A DNA stretch of 59,364 nt, filler included, from Circinaria calcarea (Eukaryota), in assembly GCA_051942165.1 (NCBI GenBank). It is 2 parts of 2 records of this genome, joined end to end, with 100 filler letters (N's around TTAATTAATTAA, not from the genome) between each part and the next. Parts side by side here need not be neighbours in the genome. Positions count along the whole stretch, not along the records: positions 1 to 29,864 come from JAVECS010000044.1; 1 more part is not named here. The stretch is one strand, 5' to 3'. The notes beneath the pieces are model-generated. The model was not told the origin of the DNA. It saw only the letters and a program-made list of their open reading frames with translations, and did not search any database. A program made the position numbers and the translations under genes. Each line of letters begins with the position of its first letter. Positions within the stretch are counted from its first letter, which is position 1. Shown one piece after another: positions 12,751-26,209 of the stretch.

Positions 12751-14274
12751 TCATCCCGGCGCGGTACCAGCCGCCTGCTTCCAATATTTGCTCGCCACAA
12801 AAGGCATCTTCACCACCTCGGCTTTCCTCCTCTTCCCCCGGACAAGCACACCCACCTCCGTCCCCGCTTTGTGGTACCCGCTCTTCACATAGCCCATTGC
12901 AATATTCCTCCCCAGAGTCGGGCTCGGGCAGCCGCTGGTAACCTTACCGACGACTTGTTGTTGGCCTTCGGTGGTATCTGCAACAATTTCTGCCCCCTCG
13001 CGGGCAGGTGCTCCCTGGATTATGAGTCCCACTCTTCGTCTTTGGACACCTATACCTCCGTTCTTAAGTGGTTTCAACTGCTGTAGGATGGTTTCGTCGC
13101 CGTAGAAACCACCGGAGGCTCTCCTGTTTTTGCTGATTACCCAGCTGAGTCCTGCCTCGACGGGTGTGATTATATCATCGAGATCGTGGCCGTATAGACA
13201 CATGCCCGCTTCTAGTCTGAGGCTATCTCTTGCGCCAAGACCAGCTAACCGCAACCTTTCCCGTCCGCCGACTTTCAGGATCAACTCGGTGACAGGAATT
13301 GTGATTTGGGGAGGGAGCGAAATCTCGAAGCCATCTTCACCTGTGTAGCCCCCCCTGGTGATAAGAACCGGTTCCGAGGCTCCAGCGGATGGGAGGTTGA
13401 ACGAGACCTGAACACATTGCCCGAAGTAGAGGGAGTTGAGATCAATATCTTCTGGTTTGGCGAGTGTTTCTTGGAGGATATTAACACTCAGAGGGCCTTG
13501 TAGTGCGACAAGACCCCAGTTGTCCAAGACTTGCCACCCGATATTTTGAGAATCCGTCAGTAAGCCCTTTGTGTGCTTGGAGATCTGGAAAGAGAGATAT
13601 TCGAGATCTTTCGCTCGACATGCTGCATTGGTGACAAGATAGAACAAATCTGGACTCTGCTGTAACCGTGTGATGACAGTGTCATCTACGATACCGCCTG
13701 TCTTGGGATGGAGGAGACAGGAAAGGGTGGAGTGATTGGTCTTGAGTTCGGTGATCGAAGTCGGAGTGACTTTCTCGAGAAGGGACGATGCAAGTGGACC
13801 GGAGAAACGGTGCTGAACCCTACCTTTAGCGGTCAGCTATTTCCAACAACGCCTGCAGTTAAGGCTTTACATGTGTCCGACGTCAAAGAGGCTGGCTTTC
13901 TCCCGAGTCCATTTATGGCTTTCTCCCACACTCAGATCGGAGTACTGAACAGGCATAGAATACCCGGCAAAAGGCACCATGGTTGCGCCATGGGTCACAT
14001 GTAGGTCATGGAGAGCTGTACGCTCGAGTGGAGCCGTTTCAGTAGCTGCTGTGGACATGCATCTCCTCGAGGTGATCGAGCTGGGTGATGTGGGCGGAGG
14101 GGAAGATTGACCTAAGTGAGAGGAAGCCCTCGGCGTGGGCGAACTTGGAATGGTGACATGTCTTCCACTTGGAATAAATTTCAGTAGGACTAGATTAGTG
14201 CTGCAGACAGCAGTGGGTCTGGAGCATTGTAGGCGTAGCCCGATGGCTCTCAGTGATAGTGACGTTCCTTTCAT
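12751..14274 (-). CDS. GCV1: Glycine cleavage system T protein (aminomethyltransferase), mitochondrial
   Basis: [72 protein letters not shown]. Presequence-like N-terminus; one intron at ~13821-13869. Confidence 0.96.
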
Positions 14275-14812
14275 CACTGCAACTATCAGGTCAAGACTGA
14301 AGCGAGGATGAAGTTCGATGTTCACCGGGGCTAAAAACAGCGCATAGAGGTTGCCCTTGGCGAAGATAGCACGTCTTGTTCAAGGTCCCGCGACTCATTT
14401 CCATGTAAAGAATTCTCAATGTAAAACTGGATGATGCAATCCATGGACACCTAAAGCCGCGGGTATGTGTATCTCACGATGCTTGGCAGGCGCAGAATCA
14501 ATATACATATCCTGGATTTGTATCGTACAGACCATCAAACACGTTCACATTGTATTAGAAATGTCGAATCCATGTGAACTAGCTTCAGAATGCACCTTAT
14601 ACCTTCTTACATTTCAATCACAGAGGCTATAGATTCCGGGCATATATGATGTGAAATATAGTCTTCAATGAGTGAATGAACCCAGATCCACATGAAGTAC
14701 TATGGTTGGCAGGTGCGTATTGTATTCCTTTTCAATTCAGACGTTACTAGGACACTCTAATCATAGCTTCTCGGATTGTCCAACTTTGCCTATGAGATAT
14801 ATATATTCTCTC

Positions 14813-16755
14813 CTATAGTCCGTTATTTGCACAAGAAAAGGCTGAGCCAACACTACCCGATGCATAACTCAGTATAATACTATCAACAGAAGCCTAGCAG
14901 GGGTCAGTTATTGTAATAATTCCCATGCGACGGACACGACTCACGTATGTTCCCACAGCTAACGTAAATATACCAATTAAAATGATGATCAGGTTAGCCA
15001 CGAAGCCACAAATACCCCTGACTCCCCGCTTCTTGACCCATCCTGGACCGTAGTTCGCTCTCCTCATTCTATAAAAGATAATTAGCAGAAAGGCCAACGG
15101 GCAGGATGTGATGACTCGCCTAAAGTACGCTACCCCCCAGAATATGAATCCAAAGAAGGAGTCGAACAGAGAAGACATTAGGGAGAGCAGATCCGAAAAG
15201 AAAGGGATGACCTCCGCAATGATGAAGGCCACGATCCACGTGCCTGCCAAGATCCCGGCCCAAGAAGCCCATCCGATAACAGTATGACTGCCCTTGTGCC
15301 GCGTACCATCAAAGAGCCGGAAGAACACGAAGCGTGCCGAGACAGAGGCATACAAGACGCCCAAGAAAATGAGGGTCGGGATCATGAATGAGAATGCAAC
15401 CTTCTTATACAGATCATTCCCCAAGGATCCGAACGCCGGAGCAGTGTTGTATTGAGTCCCGGTATAGACGTATACAATAGCACCGGTCAAGCTGAAAACA
15501 AGAATCTCAGCGATCGTGACGGCCCACAGTGCCTTGGGAAAGTCTGCCGGATTCTTCATTTCCGCAATAAAACTTGGCAGAGTGATTTGGCCAATCAAGG
15601 TATAACTGATGTTTAGAAATGCATTCATGCCCGCAACGAATTTGGTACGTGCCGCTGGAAAGATCAGAACAACCGGAGCACCGCCCAAGCTGGTGCCGGT
15701 TGCCGGATTGATATGAGTAGGATCCGGATTGTAGCCAGCCGGGTAAGCCTCTATACCCGCAAAGATGGCAGCCAAAACCACCGAAATAAAGGTGAAGAAT
15801 GCCGATGCGGTTGCGAGTTTCGAAAGAGTGTCAAAAGTACGAGGCAGAGAACAAACAAATGAAATGACCATCATGATTGCCGAGAAGCCTATGGTGCACA
15901 TGGAATGGTTGGTCATCGTATTGAGGTATTTTGCACCCACCAAAACATGAAGACCCTTTGCCAGTCAGATTGTGCAATTTGTGGATTGAGATGAACTTAC
16001 CTGAATGAAGGTGTTGTTAAGAAGAAACATGATGGCTGTAACATACCAGACCCATTTCCAGTTGTAGAAGAGCATCTGGCCGAGGTCGCATACATCTCGA
16101 ACCTCGGGATGTTGGAGACAGAATTCCCTGCGGTTTGTCAATTCCCATTTATACCCTAGCAATGTGGAACTTACCAGAGGATCAGGGAGGTGTACAAGAC
16201 CAAACCAGCAACCACCACAGTCAAGATGAGACCGGGTACCAGTCCCAGAACCGAATAGGAGTATGGGAATGACATGATGGCCAAAGAAATGTACTCCGAA
16301 AATAGCAGCGCCGCCGTCTGGTGACGAATCCAATGTTAGGAGAGGCTTATTAAACGAGTATGACAAGTGATGGGATGGGACGATAGAAGAGGCAACAGTC
16401 TGCTATTTACAGCCATAGCCCAATCGGCCATCCATATTCTCACCGCCCCGGGTCCAGTAAGCAATATCGAATTTGCACACACCTTTTTCCACGAGCAGGT
16501 CCTGTATTTGATTGCATTTGACGACTCCATCTCCATCTGCTTCCCCACGCTCAGAGCAGCGTCGGAGTCGGAGTCTCCTACGACGCCCATAATCGGTCCT
16601 CCCACTCTGCTCACCTTACGGGCAGAGGAAGCCTGTTTCTCCGTGTCATACCCGTGGACATCAGTTTCAACTTGTGGCTCACCGGTGGGATGAACCTCTT
16701 TATCATATATACCAACGTTTGTTGCCGCAGGCTGGCTCTTCCTTCCTAACGCCAT
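14813..16755 (-). CDS. Amino acid transporter (Aa_trans/AAAP family, Mtr-like)
   Basis: AIKYRTCSWKK|TAALLFSEYISLAIMSFPYS, FCLQHPEVRDVCDLGQMLF, GQITLPSFIAEMKNPADFPKAL, IIAEVIPFFSDLLSL; multiple TM segments. Five introns, one of them GC-AG (15069-15119). Ends ...FSCANNGL*. Confidence 0.92.
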
Positions 16756-17922
16756 TTTATACTACGGATCGTCTGGATCAGAGGGCTGAAGTAAAAGGGC
16801 TTTCGTCCGTCGTCGACGTGCAACATTAACCACGAAAGACTGGCTATGGGACAAGGGTAATAAGCGAGAATCGAGGAAATGTCACTCGAATACGGGCTGT
16901 TATGTTTGATGAAGATAAAGGACGAAAAGTTTGGCAAAGAGAGATTACAGAGGGGAGATGTCCACAATCTTTATAGGGCGATGGTTGGTGTAGAATAGCC
17001 GTCCATAAGTAGGCGAACTACCTACCGCGAAAGCCACTGGACAGGTAGTGCTGTGATTGGCACATGGCATAGAGAGAATGCTATCGATACCCACCTACCT
17101 TAAGTGTTGCCGCAGAGAAGGACAGACTCAACAAAGACAGGCTTCCTTTCCAGCCAAGCCGGAATCGTCATGAGTGGAGCCCGCGAGCTGCTCCAAAGCG
17201 TTACACAACAACATGCTTACCGTCCCTTATTGGATAGGAAATTCGGGTTGAGGGGAATGAAGCTGGTAGGTAGACACTTGGAAGCCCATCTACCAATCGA
17301 CGACCTGGTCGATCTTCGCCTGCAGGAAGTGGCTGCAAGACCTAATAGGGTAAAGCCAAAGACGCATCCACCCTTGAGGACCGACTATGGTGCTGCGGTA
17401 TATTCCGCCTAATCTTAGCGCCGAAGCTTGAACAAGGCTAGAGAGCACGTTATTCTCTGCCTAAATCCCGCCACGACAGATGTCCTCCGTGGGAAGAATG
17501 ATTATCAGAGCAGCGGGATGCTGCTTTGCTTATACAGTAGATTCATTCAATGAGTTTATTAGGACGGGTATTATTCTATCGGAAACCTAACCATCCTTCG
17601 GCTCATTGCAGGAGCCGGAACCGCCGTCAAGTCCTATCGGCAAGGCCGACGAAAACTCCATCCCTGACCCATCGCCAAACACCGGGGCGGGAACTTGAAG
17701 TGAACCGCTCAATCCTTAGAGGAGATCATGATCGAGACAGCGGTGTATGTCTCCGACATCAACCCAACCAAGGCCGCCGTTACGCCTATTAAGGATACTG
17801 GGGGATCGAGCAAGTCGGATGCGCAAGTACTACTACAAATGGTCTATCCAAAGTCCTCATAAACGTGATCAGGCTTACTCGGCCTTTATCCCACACACCT
17901 CTGCTTTCTTCCCTCCGCCCTC

Positions 17923-19923
17923 CTAGTAGCTCTGAGCACCCATCTGCTTGGTAGGCATAAGCAGTATTGCAATTGTGCAGATGAATACTGCTCCTCCCGC
18001 CAGGTACAAGACCCCATTCAAGCTGGTAGCCAGAATGTGTGCCGCGATGATCGGTGAGACAATGCCGAATATGCGACCCCAAAAGCTGGCCAACCCACAA
18101 GCGGTACCACGAATCGGGGCGGCGAATACTTCGGGCGTCCAGCCATAAAGGATGGCGTTGAACATGCTCTGGAAGAAGTATTCCATCATGTTTAAACCAA
18201 TGTTTGATGCTTCGGTGTTGACGGTGGCAAACAAGAAAAGCGAAACTCCCATGAGCGCCGAGGAAATAACCATGCCCCATTTGCGACCGATCAGAGGTAC
18301 GCCATACATCAAAGCACCAAGGAGGACGCCAACTGTCCCAGGGAGGTAGATTATTACATAATTGCGGTATGTCTGTCCGACGGATACGTTGATCTCAGCA
18401 TCCTTCGCCAGCAATATAGTTGGGAGGAAGGATCCTGTTCATTGAGCATTAGCGCTGAAAGGTAGGTGAAGGGAAACATGCACCAACCAGCAACCGAGAA
18501 TCCCCAATAGTCAAAAACATACGTGATCCAGACTAGAATCGTCATTCGAGCAATGGCAGCGTTTGCAAACAGGAGCTTGTATCTGGAGAGCTCCAATTTG
18601 ACTTTCTGCCCGAACGATGTTTGCGCCTGCTTGGATCCGGCACCAAGAATAGCGACCCTACCACTTTCTCCACTTTGGAAGGAAGCTTCTTCATCGGTCA
18701 GGGCGTTGAAGATATCCAGTGATATTGTACTTTCGCGGCCGTTGAATTTGGCAATCTCACGGAGTACTTCTACAGCCTTCTCGTCCTGGCCCCTGTATAA
18801 CAGAAACTTGGGCGATTCTTGAAACCGGAACACTGCAAACCGCATGAGGAACGCGAAGAGTGTCACACCACCAAGGGTGAACAGTGTATAGCGCCAGCCC
18901 ATATTAGACGCCTTGGTGCAGCACGCTTGCCCTGCTGATACTGTATTGCACGATGGCAGTGACTTCCCGTCTGACCCAAGAGCGCATGAATACTTGGGAA
19001 TGAACCCATAAGCGATGCCGGAGCATACTACCACACCTAGAGGTTGGAATATGGATAATAGCGCGAGCAGAAAACGTCGATTCTAAGAGCATCAGTAGTT
19101 ACGACTTGAAAACTCACAAAGGGGCATTACTTGTGGCAGAAACTCTAGGCAGATCGTTGTGTCAATAGGAATATTACCTCCAACTCCAAATCCGACGAAT
19201 GCGGTGATAACCAAGATCCCATTATAAGTCGATGGTGCCCCAAGACAGAGTCCGAAAACTGACGAGATAAGGCATGTCAGATTGAAGGCATATTGGCGCC
19301 CTATCAATATTCGGTCAATTGCTGTTCCCATAGGCGGTATAGAGAGAGGGCAAGCCAGAGTACCAACCGATAATGTCCACTAAAATTCCCCATACAAAAG
19401 CCTGTTTGGGATTACCATTAGCCCGGCCCTCTAGCAGAACTAGTTGACACTGATTTACCCCAGCGGTTAAACCCGCAGAAAAAGCCGAGAAGATATTTCC
19501 TAGTTGAGCCTCTTCGACACCATCAGATATGTTTTCTCCAAGATCAGATGAGAGTATGGGGAACGCACTGGGGAAGCCCAGCTCATTCTGTAACGGGGTC
19601 GCAACCAGTCCAAAGGCCTGCGCCCACATCAGGTCCTAAAGAAGTCTTGTCAGATAGACACAGCTCGGGATGCGAGTCGGAACGGCCTTTACCAAGAAGT
19701 AACCGAAACCGCATAGGAAGAAAATCCACCACTGGTATTTCCCCATTCCATGCGCATCGAGTTCCCGGTTGACAAGCAGGGCTTTCTTTTCGTACAGCGA
19801 GAGGCCTTGCAATCCTGGGTCATCGAGTATGGCAAGGTGGTTGTCTCCCATGCGGTCTTGAGTGATGGAAGACGTGCCCGCCTCAATGGCCTTCTCGGGC
19901 CCAGTTGAATTATGAACACTCAT
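17923..19923 (-). CDS. MFS transporter (sugar-porter/SV2-like family)
   Basis: GMGKYQWWIFFLCGFGYFLD, WGILVDIIGR, GVGGNIPID, FQESPKFLL, LYGWTPEVF..PIRGTACG. Six GT-AG introns. Start MSVHNSTGPEK at 19923. Confidence 0.92.
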
Positions 19924-20686
19924 GTTGACGTAGCCTTGGACGCGGAGAAGGAGTGTGAAGTTGGAAGCTACCCTCGATGACCTTGAACTGAGGATGCAAG
20001 GCAGTGGGAGAGGGAGGGACAATATCTATCGTAGCAGCCATGGCGGGGAACGGCATCTGGTGGGCGGGCATGCTACTAAGGCAGTAGAGTTTGTCTGTGC
20101 CATGACGTTCTAGACCGGGTCGAGGTAGCCCGAGTCCTGTGAGTTCCTTAGCTTGAGTGCAGACGGGCGATCAAGTGACCGGATGTCCAATCGCCGGCCT
20201 CAGGAGAAGCCGGATGCATGAGCGTACCTGCTCTAAATGGGGTAGGCAGGCACAAGATAAGGGAATGCCCAAAGTGGAGAGACTCTCCTTTCCTTACTTC
20301 CCTTCACACCCTCGGTCGAACGGTCAGGAGGGCACATGTTGTGGATCACCCTTTCGCATCATACTTACCCTTCGACGACGCTCTCTCCATGTCACCCTAG
20401 GTGTGTCGCCGGACCATAGTCCATCTATCTAAAATAGGCTCTGCTCCCAGCTTTGGCGCCTGGCCAACTACGCAGATCCAGAGCCGAGGGCTGTCCCGTG
20501 GCCGTGATTGATATTGTATTAACCTTGCGAATGTTGCAGAGTGACGGGTTCTATACAGCTTCAAAGACCCATAGGCATCACCAGAGCCTATTCTCCTTCA
20601 TCATCATTTACCCGGCTCGGGCCGAGTACATCTAACGCGTACCGCCATGGCAAGTGCTTAGCGGGCGAATTAGTCCTGTTGCACGG

Positions 20687-20801
20687 TGTTGGGGCTGACG
20701 TAAGCCGACCAGTATTTTTAGCGAACTCTCTTGCTCTTACCTAGTTACATGAACATGCAGAAATCCTATGAACCTTGAACGTAGCGCATTGCAGGATTAC
20801 A
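20687..20801 (+). mobile_element. 115-bp solo-LTR/TRIM-like element, copy A
   Basis: Begins TGTTGGGG, ends GATTACA, flanked by direct repeat ACGG (20683-20686 and 20802-20805). Differs from the reverse complement of 57590-57703 by 8 substitutions and 1 indel (manual count). Strand is arbitrary. Confidence 0.85.
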
Positions 20802-21211
20802 ACGGCGTGAAGAGAAGGACCCCCGACTTGGAGAGAGCTGAGGGGCTCATGGAGACTGTCAAGCATTAGGGTGGTGACTGAGTAGGTGCTCTGAGACACA
20901 TTAGACTTTAGCATCTAGCGGCCATTTATAAGTCAAACGATCTGTTGATAGTTTGTGGACAACAGCCTATTGATTTCAAGGCAGCTGGAGGCGTTTTACG
21001 GCAAATTATCCCGTTGCACTGCATGTTGGGTGGATATATAAGCATGGTTGAAGTGGTACGGTTCAGCGACTGCAAGATTCTTGATGCTCGCTATCGCAGG
21101 TAATTTTACTACTGCCCTAAACGCAAAACTTCCGAATATGCATCTCCAGCCGTCAGCTTTCCCGATGGGTTGTGCAAGACCTTCGCAGGTCCAGTGTTCT
21201 TGTCAGGTTGC

Positions 21212-22094
21212 TCATTCCGCTTCTATGTTTCCCTTTTCCGATACATAAAGTCCATCCAAGAACTATCGAGTGGCGCCATGTTAGCCTTGTACAGGACTCA
21301 TTGGGAATCCTTCATTGGGGGTCAAGGCAAACCTTTCGGATATCTTTATTCCTGACTCTGCATATCTGCTGAATATCCGCCGCGCTCTGTGAAACGTTCT
21401 CCAGAGAATTTCCCGTGAGTTGTAGTTCATCCTTCTGGTTTTTTGATGTCTCCACATCCACCCCTGGTTGCATGGTGACTCTCCGAACAATCTTCTCGCC
21501 AAGGAAGTTACTGGCATCTCATCAGTTTCGGGTAACCATTTGCAGCACCAAAGGTGTCAAGCTATCCCCCGACATACCGGATATCCACTTCAAAGAGTCC
21601 GGTCTCGGAATTCTTCTCAATGTTGACGTTGATGGGAAAGTGGGCGTAAACGTAGCGCATCTTGTACTTGAAGCCTTTGGTGACCCCGATGATCAGGTTG
21701 TTGATAATAGTCTTGACCGTACGAAGGGTGGCAACGTTCTTTCGGGCGCCATGATGGAGTTCGATGTTGATGATAGTTTTGGATGGCTGTGAGAAGCCAA
21801 CAGAGAGATGCGACATATTCTTAACCAGCTTGCCTAGTTTACCGTGTCAGACATTGAAAAGCGTTTGATTTTCAAATCTAATCATCCAGTAGGTCGTACC
21901 TCGTGGCCCCTCGACGGTGACTATCCTCGACTTGATGCTGACTTTGACTACGTGATTATTAGCCAACGCTCGCGGCGGCACTTCTAATTGAGCTCCCCGG
22001 ACGATGATCGACTTCTGGAAGCGCCAACCAAATTTTCGAAGGACTTACCGCCATCAGGTATTGTCAGCGTCTCTTGCGAGTGTATGTACCTCAT
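21212..22094 (-). CDS. RPL9: 60S ribosomal protein L9 (uL6)
   Basis: [73 protein letters not shown]. Four introns. Confidence 0.97.
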
Positions 22095-23282
22095 TGTTGC
22101 GGCTTGAGGAAGTGCAGAACTATTTCAACACCGTCGATGATTGAGTATCCCAAAAGTCTGTGTGCCGGTAATCGGGTAATTTATGGTAAGCCTAACCGGA
22201 AACAGTTATAGCCTATAGAATATCTCTGCCTCATCCTTGCCTAACATTTACGAAACTCATTGGAATTGAATACTGCTAGTCAGTAGTTTCTATACTGAAG
22301 AACGATATTTCTGGCAGCTTGCCAGATGTACTTGATGGGTATTCTGGTAGATCTCCCTCAACTTTCAATTCATGAACTCTTCTCACAATGTCGTCTGCAG
22401 CCTTCGCCCAAGCTCCCCTTCCCCATGTCACATAGCTATCATGACTAAAGGGGTGATCCGCCATCTAGAACATGGTAATGAAGTTCATGGGGCTTAAGGG
22501 AAGTCATCATCCTCATTCGATTATGGCCTATACCAACATGGACGCAAAAGCCCCTTCTAATGTATCAGCCAGACCACTATTTATCAGCCGAGCGAAGGAT
22601 GCTGCAAGAATTCAGAGACGACTGCTGTGGCATCTATGCGATAATACAATGATCATCGAAACCCCATGCGTGAAAATACATCAGGCCGACCCACCAGACC
22701 TTCCAGTGGATACATCGGAGCAAAAGTGTATATGTGGCGGCAAAGCAGGAAACCTGAGCCGGCACCCCTCGCTTACATCTCGACAGTCGGCTTCCTCTAT
22801 TGAGGATATGTTTCTCGTTGAAGGGTTGGCTACCATTTTTGAATTGATAAACCCAATCAATCGCCTTGGCGTAAATAGGCCTTCCAAAGAATTGCAAATT
22901 CTCTTCCAGTGACCTTGGAGTTACCGTTGTTGTGCGACGTTGAAAATAACCATTAGCCCGCCAATCTCGCATTGCTATTGTTGATCCCGCTGCTCAATAG
23001 ACCCGACTCTATTGATGCAAACTTTAGCGCATGAACCTGACTATTCTATTGAGATTTTCCCCACATGCCTTCCTTTATAAGCTGGAGGCTGACCCCCATT
23101 CCATTTCTACATACTCTATCTTTACATTCCAGAATCATAAAGACGTCCTCTTCAATTCCAGCGTTTGTATACTTTTGTCCAGCCATCCCGTGTCCCGTGT
23201 CTTCGGCAGCGATCTCCCCACAACACTTCTTCGGTACCTACCAATCATTTCAGGTCACGTTAACGTGCATTCACCTATTGCC

Positions 23283-23891
23283 ATGACGCCAGAACTTCTC
23301 GCCCTCCTCACCCGAATCTCCTCACCAAATGCGTCTACCTCCACACCTCCGCCACCCTATACGTCCGCCTCGCAAAGTCCCCATGCTACCTCAACTTCCA
23401 GACTTACCATGCCCCCGGAGATCACACCTGCATCGGCTGCACCAATCTCGATCACCCTCGACACCTCTATACGTATCATAGGTCACTGCAATACGATCCA
23501 TTTCCCCAACCTGGCCACAACGGATCCAGCCAAGCTCGCTGCCGTGGTCACCGTGGCCCTAAAGGCTCACGAGTCAAGCGAGGGAAAGGGAGGAGGAGTG
23601 AAGGTGCAGGGTGGGTTAAATGTGTGTGGCAGCAGGAATGTCGTTGTCATGGGGGGTGCGGTAGGGAGGGCTGGGATGAAGAAGGATGTTGACACTGAAA
23701 CATCCAAGGGAGCTGCCGCTGGTGGTACCGAGAAGGGTCCGGAGGAAGGACAGGCTGTATTCAGGAGAAAAAGGAAGGCCGACGAGGTAGGTTTTGTGAT
23801 GTTGAGCGATACTTAGCAACGTTCCTGATTCGAAATGTAGGCAGAATCGGTCCAGGCACCAGAAGCGAAGAGAACTGCAACGGGATGCTAG
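23283..23891 (+). CDS. Hypothetical fungal protein
   Basis: ATG 23283 (MTPELLALL...PPPY) lies within ORF 23031-23816. Segments ISITLDTSIRIIGHCNTI and VQGGLNVCGSRNVV; basic RRKRKA. Intron 23787-23840, then a short last exon ending at TAG 23891. Confidence 0.6.
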
Positions 23892-24284
23892 TCGTGCTTG
23901 ATGGAATGGTATATTCAAATCTTTCGTTGTTTGAGTACTTGGAGTAGTCGACCTTCTCATTCCGCCCATATCTAGCCTTATTATTCTGATTCGCTTTTAC
24001 GCAAGCTTTGTAGGACAAACTCAACTTTGCCGTTGTTGTTGGCTTCCACACGCCCTACCTATTACTTCGATGACACAATGTACCCTTTCCATAACGCAGG
24101 AGGGCGTCGTGTGATAAGTATTGAGAGAAATATCTTCCCTTAACCCTCTTGACACTCGCATGCTGTTCTTGCGGCTTCAAGCCGTTACCTCGATTGGCAA
24201 CTCCCGCATACATCATAGTATTAGAGTCATACATAGATCCTCAGATGAAGCCTAGTCCATCAAATAGGGAGGACACCGACAAGA

Positions 24285-26209
24285 TCACCGTCCGACAAGG
24301 GGGACGTCAACCCGATGTAGCTCCTTCGACCACGGCGGTAATTGTTTGTCACGCTCGAATAGTAGCCCGCAGTTGTGGCAGAGTGACTAGTCATATCAGC
24401 ATGTCCCTGTATCGAAGGGAGTATAACTCTTACCCGTGGCCCACTCGGACCATCTCTAGCAGCCCAAACAGCAGAGCCATGCACCAGACAATGCGAACAC
24501 CGCCACGATTGGCGCTCCCTACGGAAAGTGTCAGTGGCCAGAGGTGAGCATATGACGGTGCTGCAGATGAAGTTACCAATCATTCAGGCCACCGCCGCTA
24601 CCGCCATACCCAGCAGCTGTGTCGGGCGCTCCTCCCGGTGTACCCCCTCTCGCCAAAGGACTAAGGCTCCTGAAACGTCTCTTCTTCTTACTTCTCTCGC
24701 CCCTACCCATCGGTGTATCAGGGTTCTCTATTTGGTCAAACATGCCACCTGCGGTTGGCATGCCACCGGCCATGTTAGTCGTAGAGGAGAATCTAGCGGT
24801 CTCTCTCCTTAGCCGTCGAATTTGTCTCTCGCGATCCCCTTCCCTTTTCTCGATCTCTTCTTTGGATAGAATCTCAACCTTCGGCTCCCACTCATCTGCA
24901 AGATGCTCATGGTCGAATCTCCACCCGGCTTCTTGACCTTCGAGAGCAAGATTATCAATCTCTCCACCGTACCCGTTCCCACCTACAAGACCGCCACTTT
25001 CACATGCTTCTTTCTTCAGTCGAAGGACCGCCTCGTATATGGCGTGGGCCATTGCAGGTATCCATTCTCCGGCTAATCCGATATCTGCACAGGTTTGTTT
25101 CGCGAAATGCTCTGCCATCCCAGGAGGATGTAGCAGGGACCACTCAAAACGATCAGTATATAGCTTATTCAGAAGATTGATGTTCAGATTGATAATGCAC
25201 CTGTACGTGTCATCGGGGCTATGATCCTCTGAAGGAGAATGAGGATATGGCGACGCCAGAACTGCTACAGGATTCGTAGTTTTAGTAGAAAAGTCGTTTC
25301 CATTTGTTTGTGTACTACCGTTGACTCTGCCAGGTACAGGAGTTGATGGCGGGACATCGGCAGGTGTCACGGACTGGTCCCTTGAACCTCCAGCTCGAAT
25401 TGTCTTCACCGCTATCCCATTGCTTGTAGTTGTGCTGGTGGTATGAAACAGGGGATGCAAGGCAACACCAGCATATTCTTCCAGCTGCTGGCGAATTTGG
25501 TTGCTGATCTGAATGGCAAGCCCCGATGAACTTGGGAGATCTAGTTCGTGGACTAGAACTAAGGCAAACTGGTCCGGGGTTATCGACGTTTCATGTAGAT
25601 TCCATAGAAAGACATCCTTTAGACGATAAAGGGGCGTTGGATCTGGGGTTTTGTACGCTGGTAGGGATGGGTTGATTCCGAATGCGGCAGCATCTGCAGG
25701 GAGAGGTAAGGCCGGTTGAGGGGTGAAGGAAGGGACGTCGAGGTCAATACGGATCGGAACTAGGGTTAGCGGTAGTGAGGATTGGGCATGGAGCTGTTTA
25801 TCGGTTCTGAAGTATCACCAGAAATCAGCACCAGGACGCGCTGCCAGGTCTGTGTGATCACTGACTTGCCAAACTTAGGCTTGCCCATCCAATCCCTCCA
25901 TATACCTTGCACCTCGACTGGTGCAGTCAGTTCCTTGCCCAGCCTATCTGCGAGTCCTTCTCGAGTCTGGTTGGGATCTTCTCTTCTGCTGCGCAATCCT
26001 GTCGGCCTTCTTGGACCATCGCTTTCGTCAAAATCGTCATCGTTGAGTAGGTCTTCGGAGTAGTTGATGACGACCGTACCGCGTTTGGTTGTCCGTGATG
26101 AGGGCGCAACTTGGACAGCTGATGGTTGAATGACCGGCGTAAGGAGAGAGTTGAGATATGCTCGAAGTCGAGGGGCGTAAGAGCTGGAGAAGGCCTGCGG
26201 GGGCGGCAT
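24285..26209 (-). CDS. SFH1: RSC chromatin-remodelling subunit Sfh1 (SNF5/SMARCB1 family) with a C-terminal GATA-like Cys4 motif
   Basis: QAFSSSYAPRLR, DVFLWNLHE, LYTDRFEWSL, AMAHAIYEAVLRLKK, EIEKREGDRERQIRRLRRET; C-terminal WRCSHC...GPR|SLCHNCG. Three introns. Confidence 0.93.

Noticed and set aside
20361..20370. ATACTTACC resembling the U1 snRNA 5' end
   Set aside because: Followed by C rather than TG; no U1 stem-loops or Sm site follow
21836..21899. GATGA...CTGA in an RPL9 intron as a C/D snoRNA
   Set aside because: Only ~40 nt between the boxes, and the CTGA is the branch site
22276..22972. ORFs of 62-146 aa on both strands between RPL9 and the hypothetical gene
   Set aside because: No motifs, no consistent splice model, and overlapping opposing frames; cannot be called
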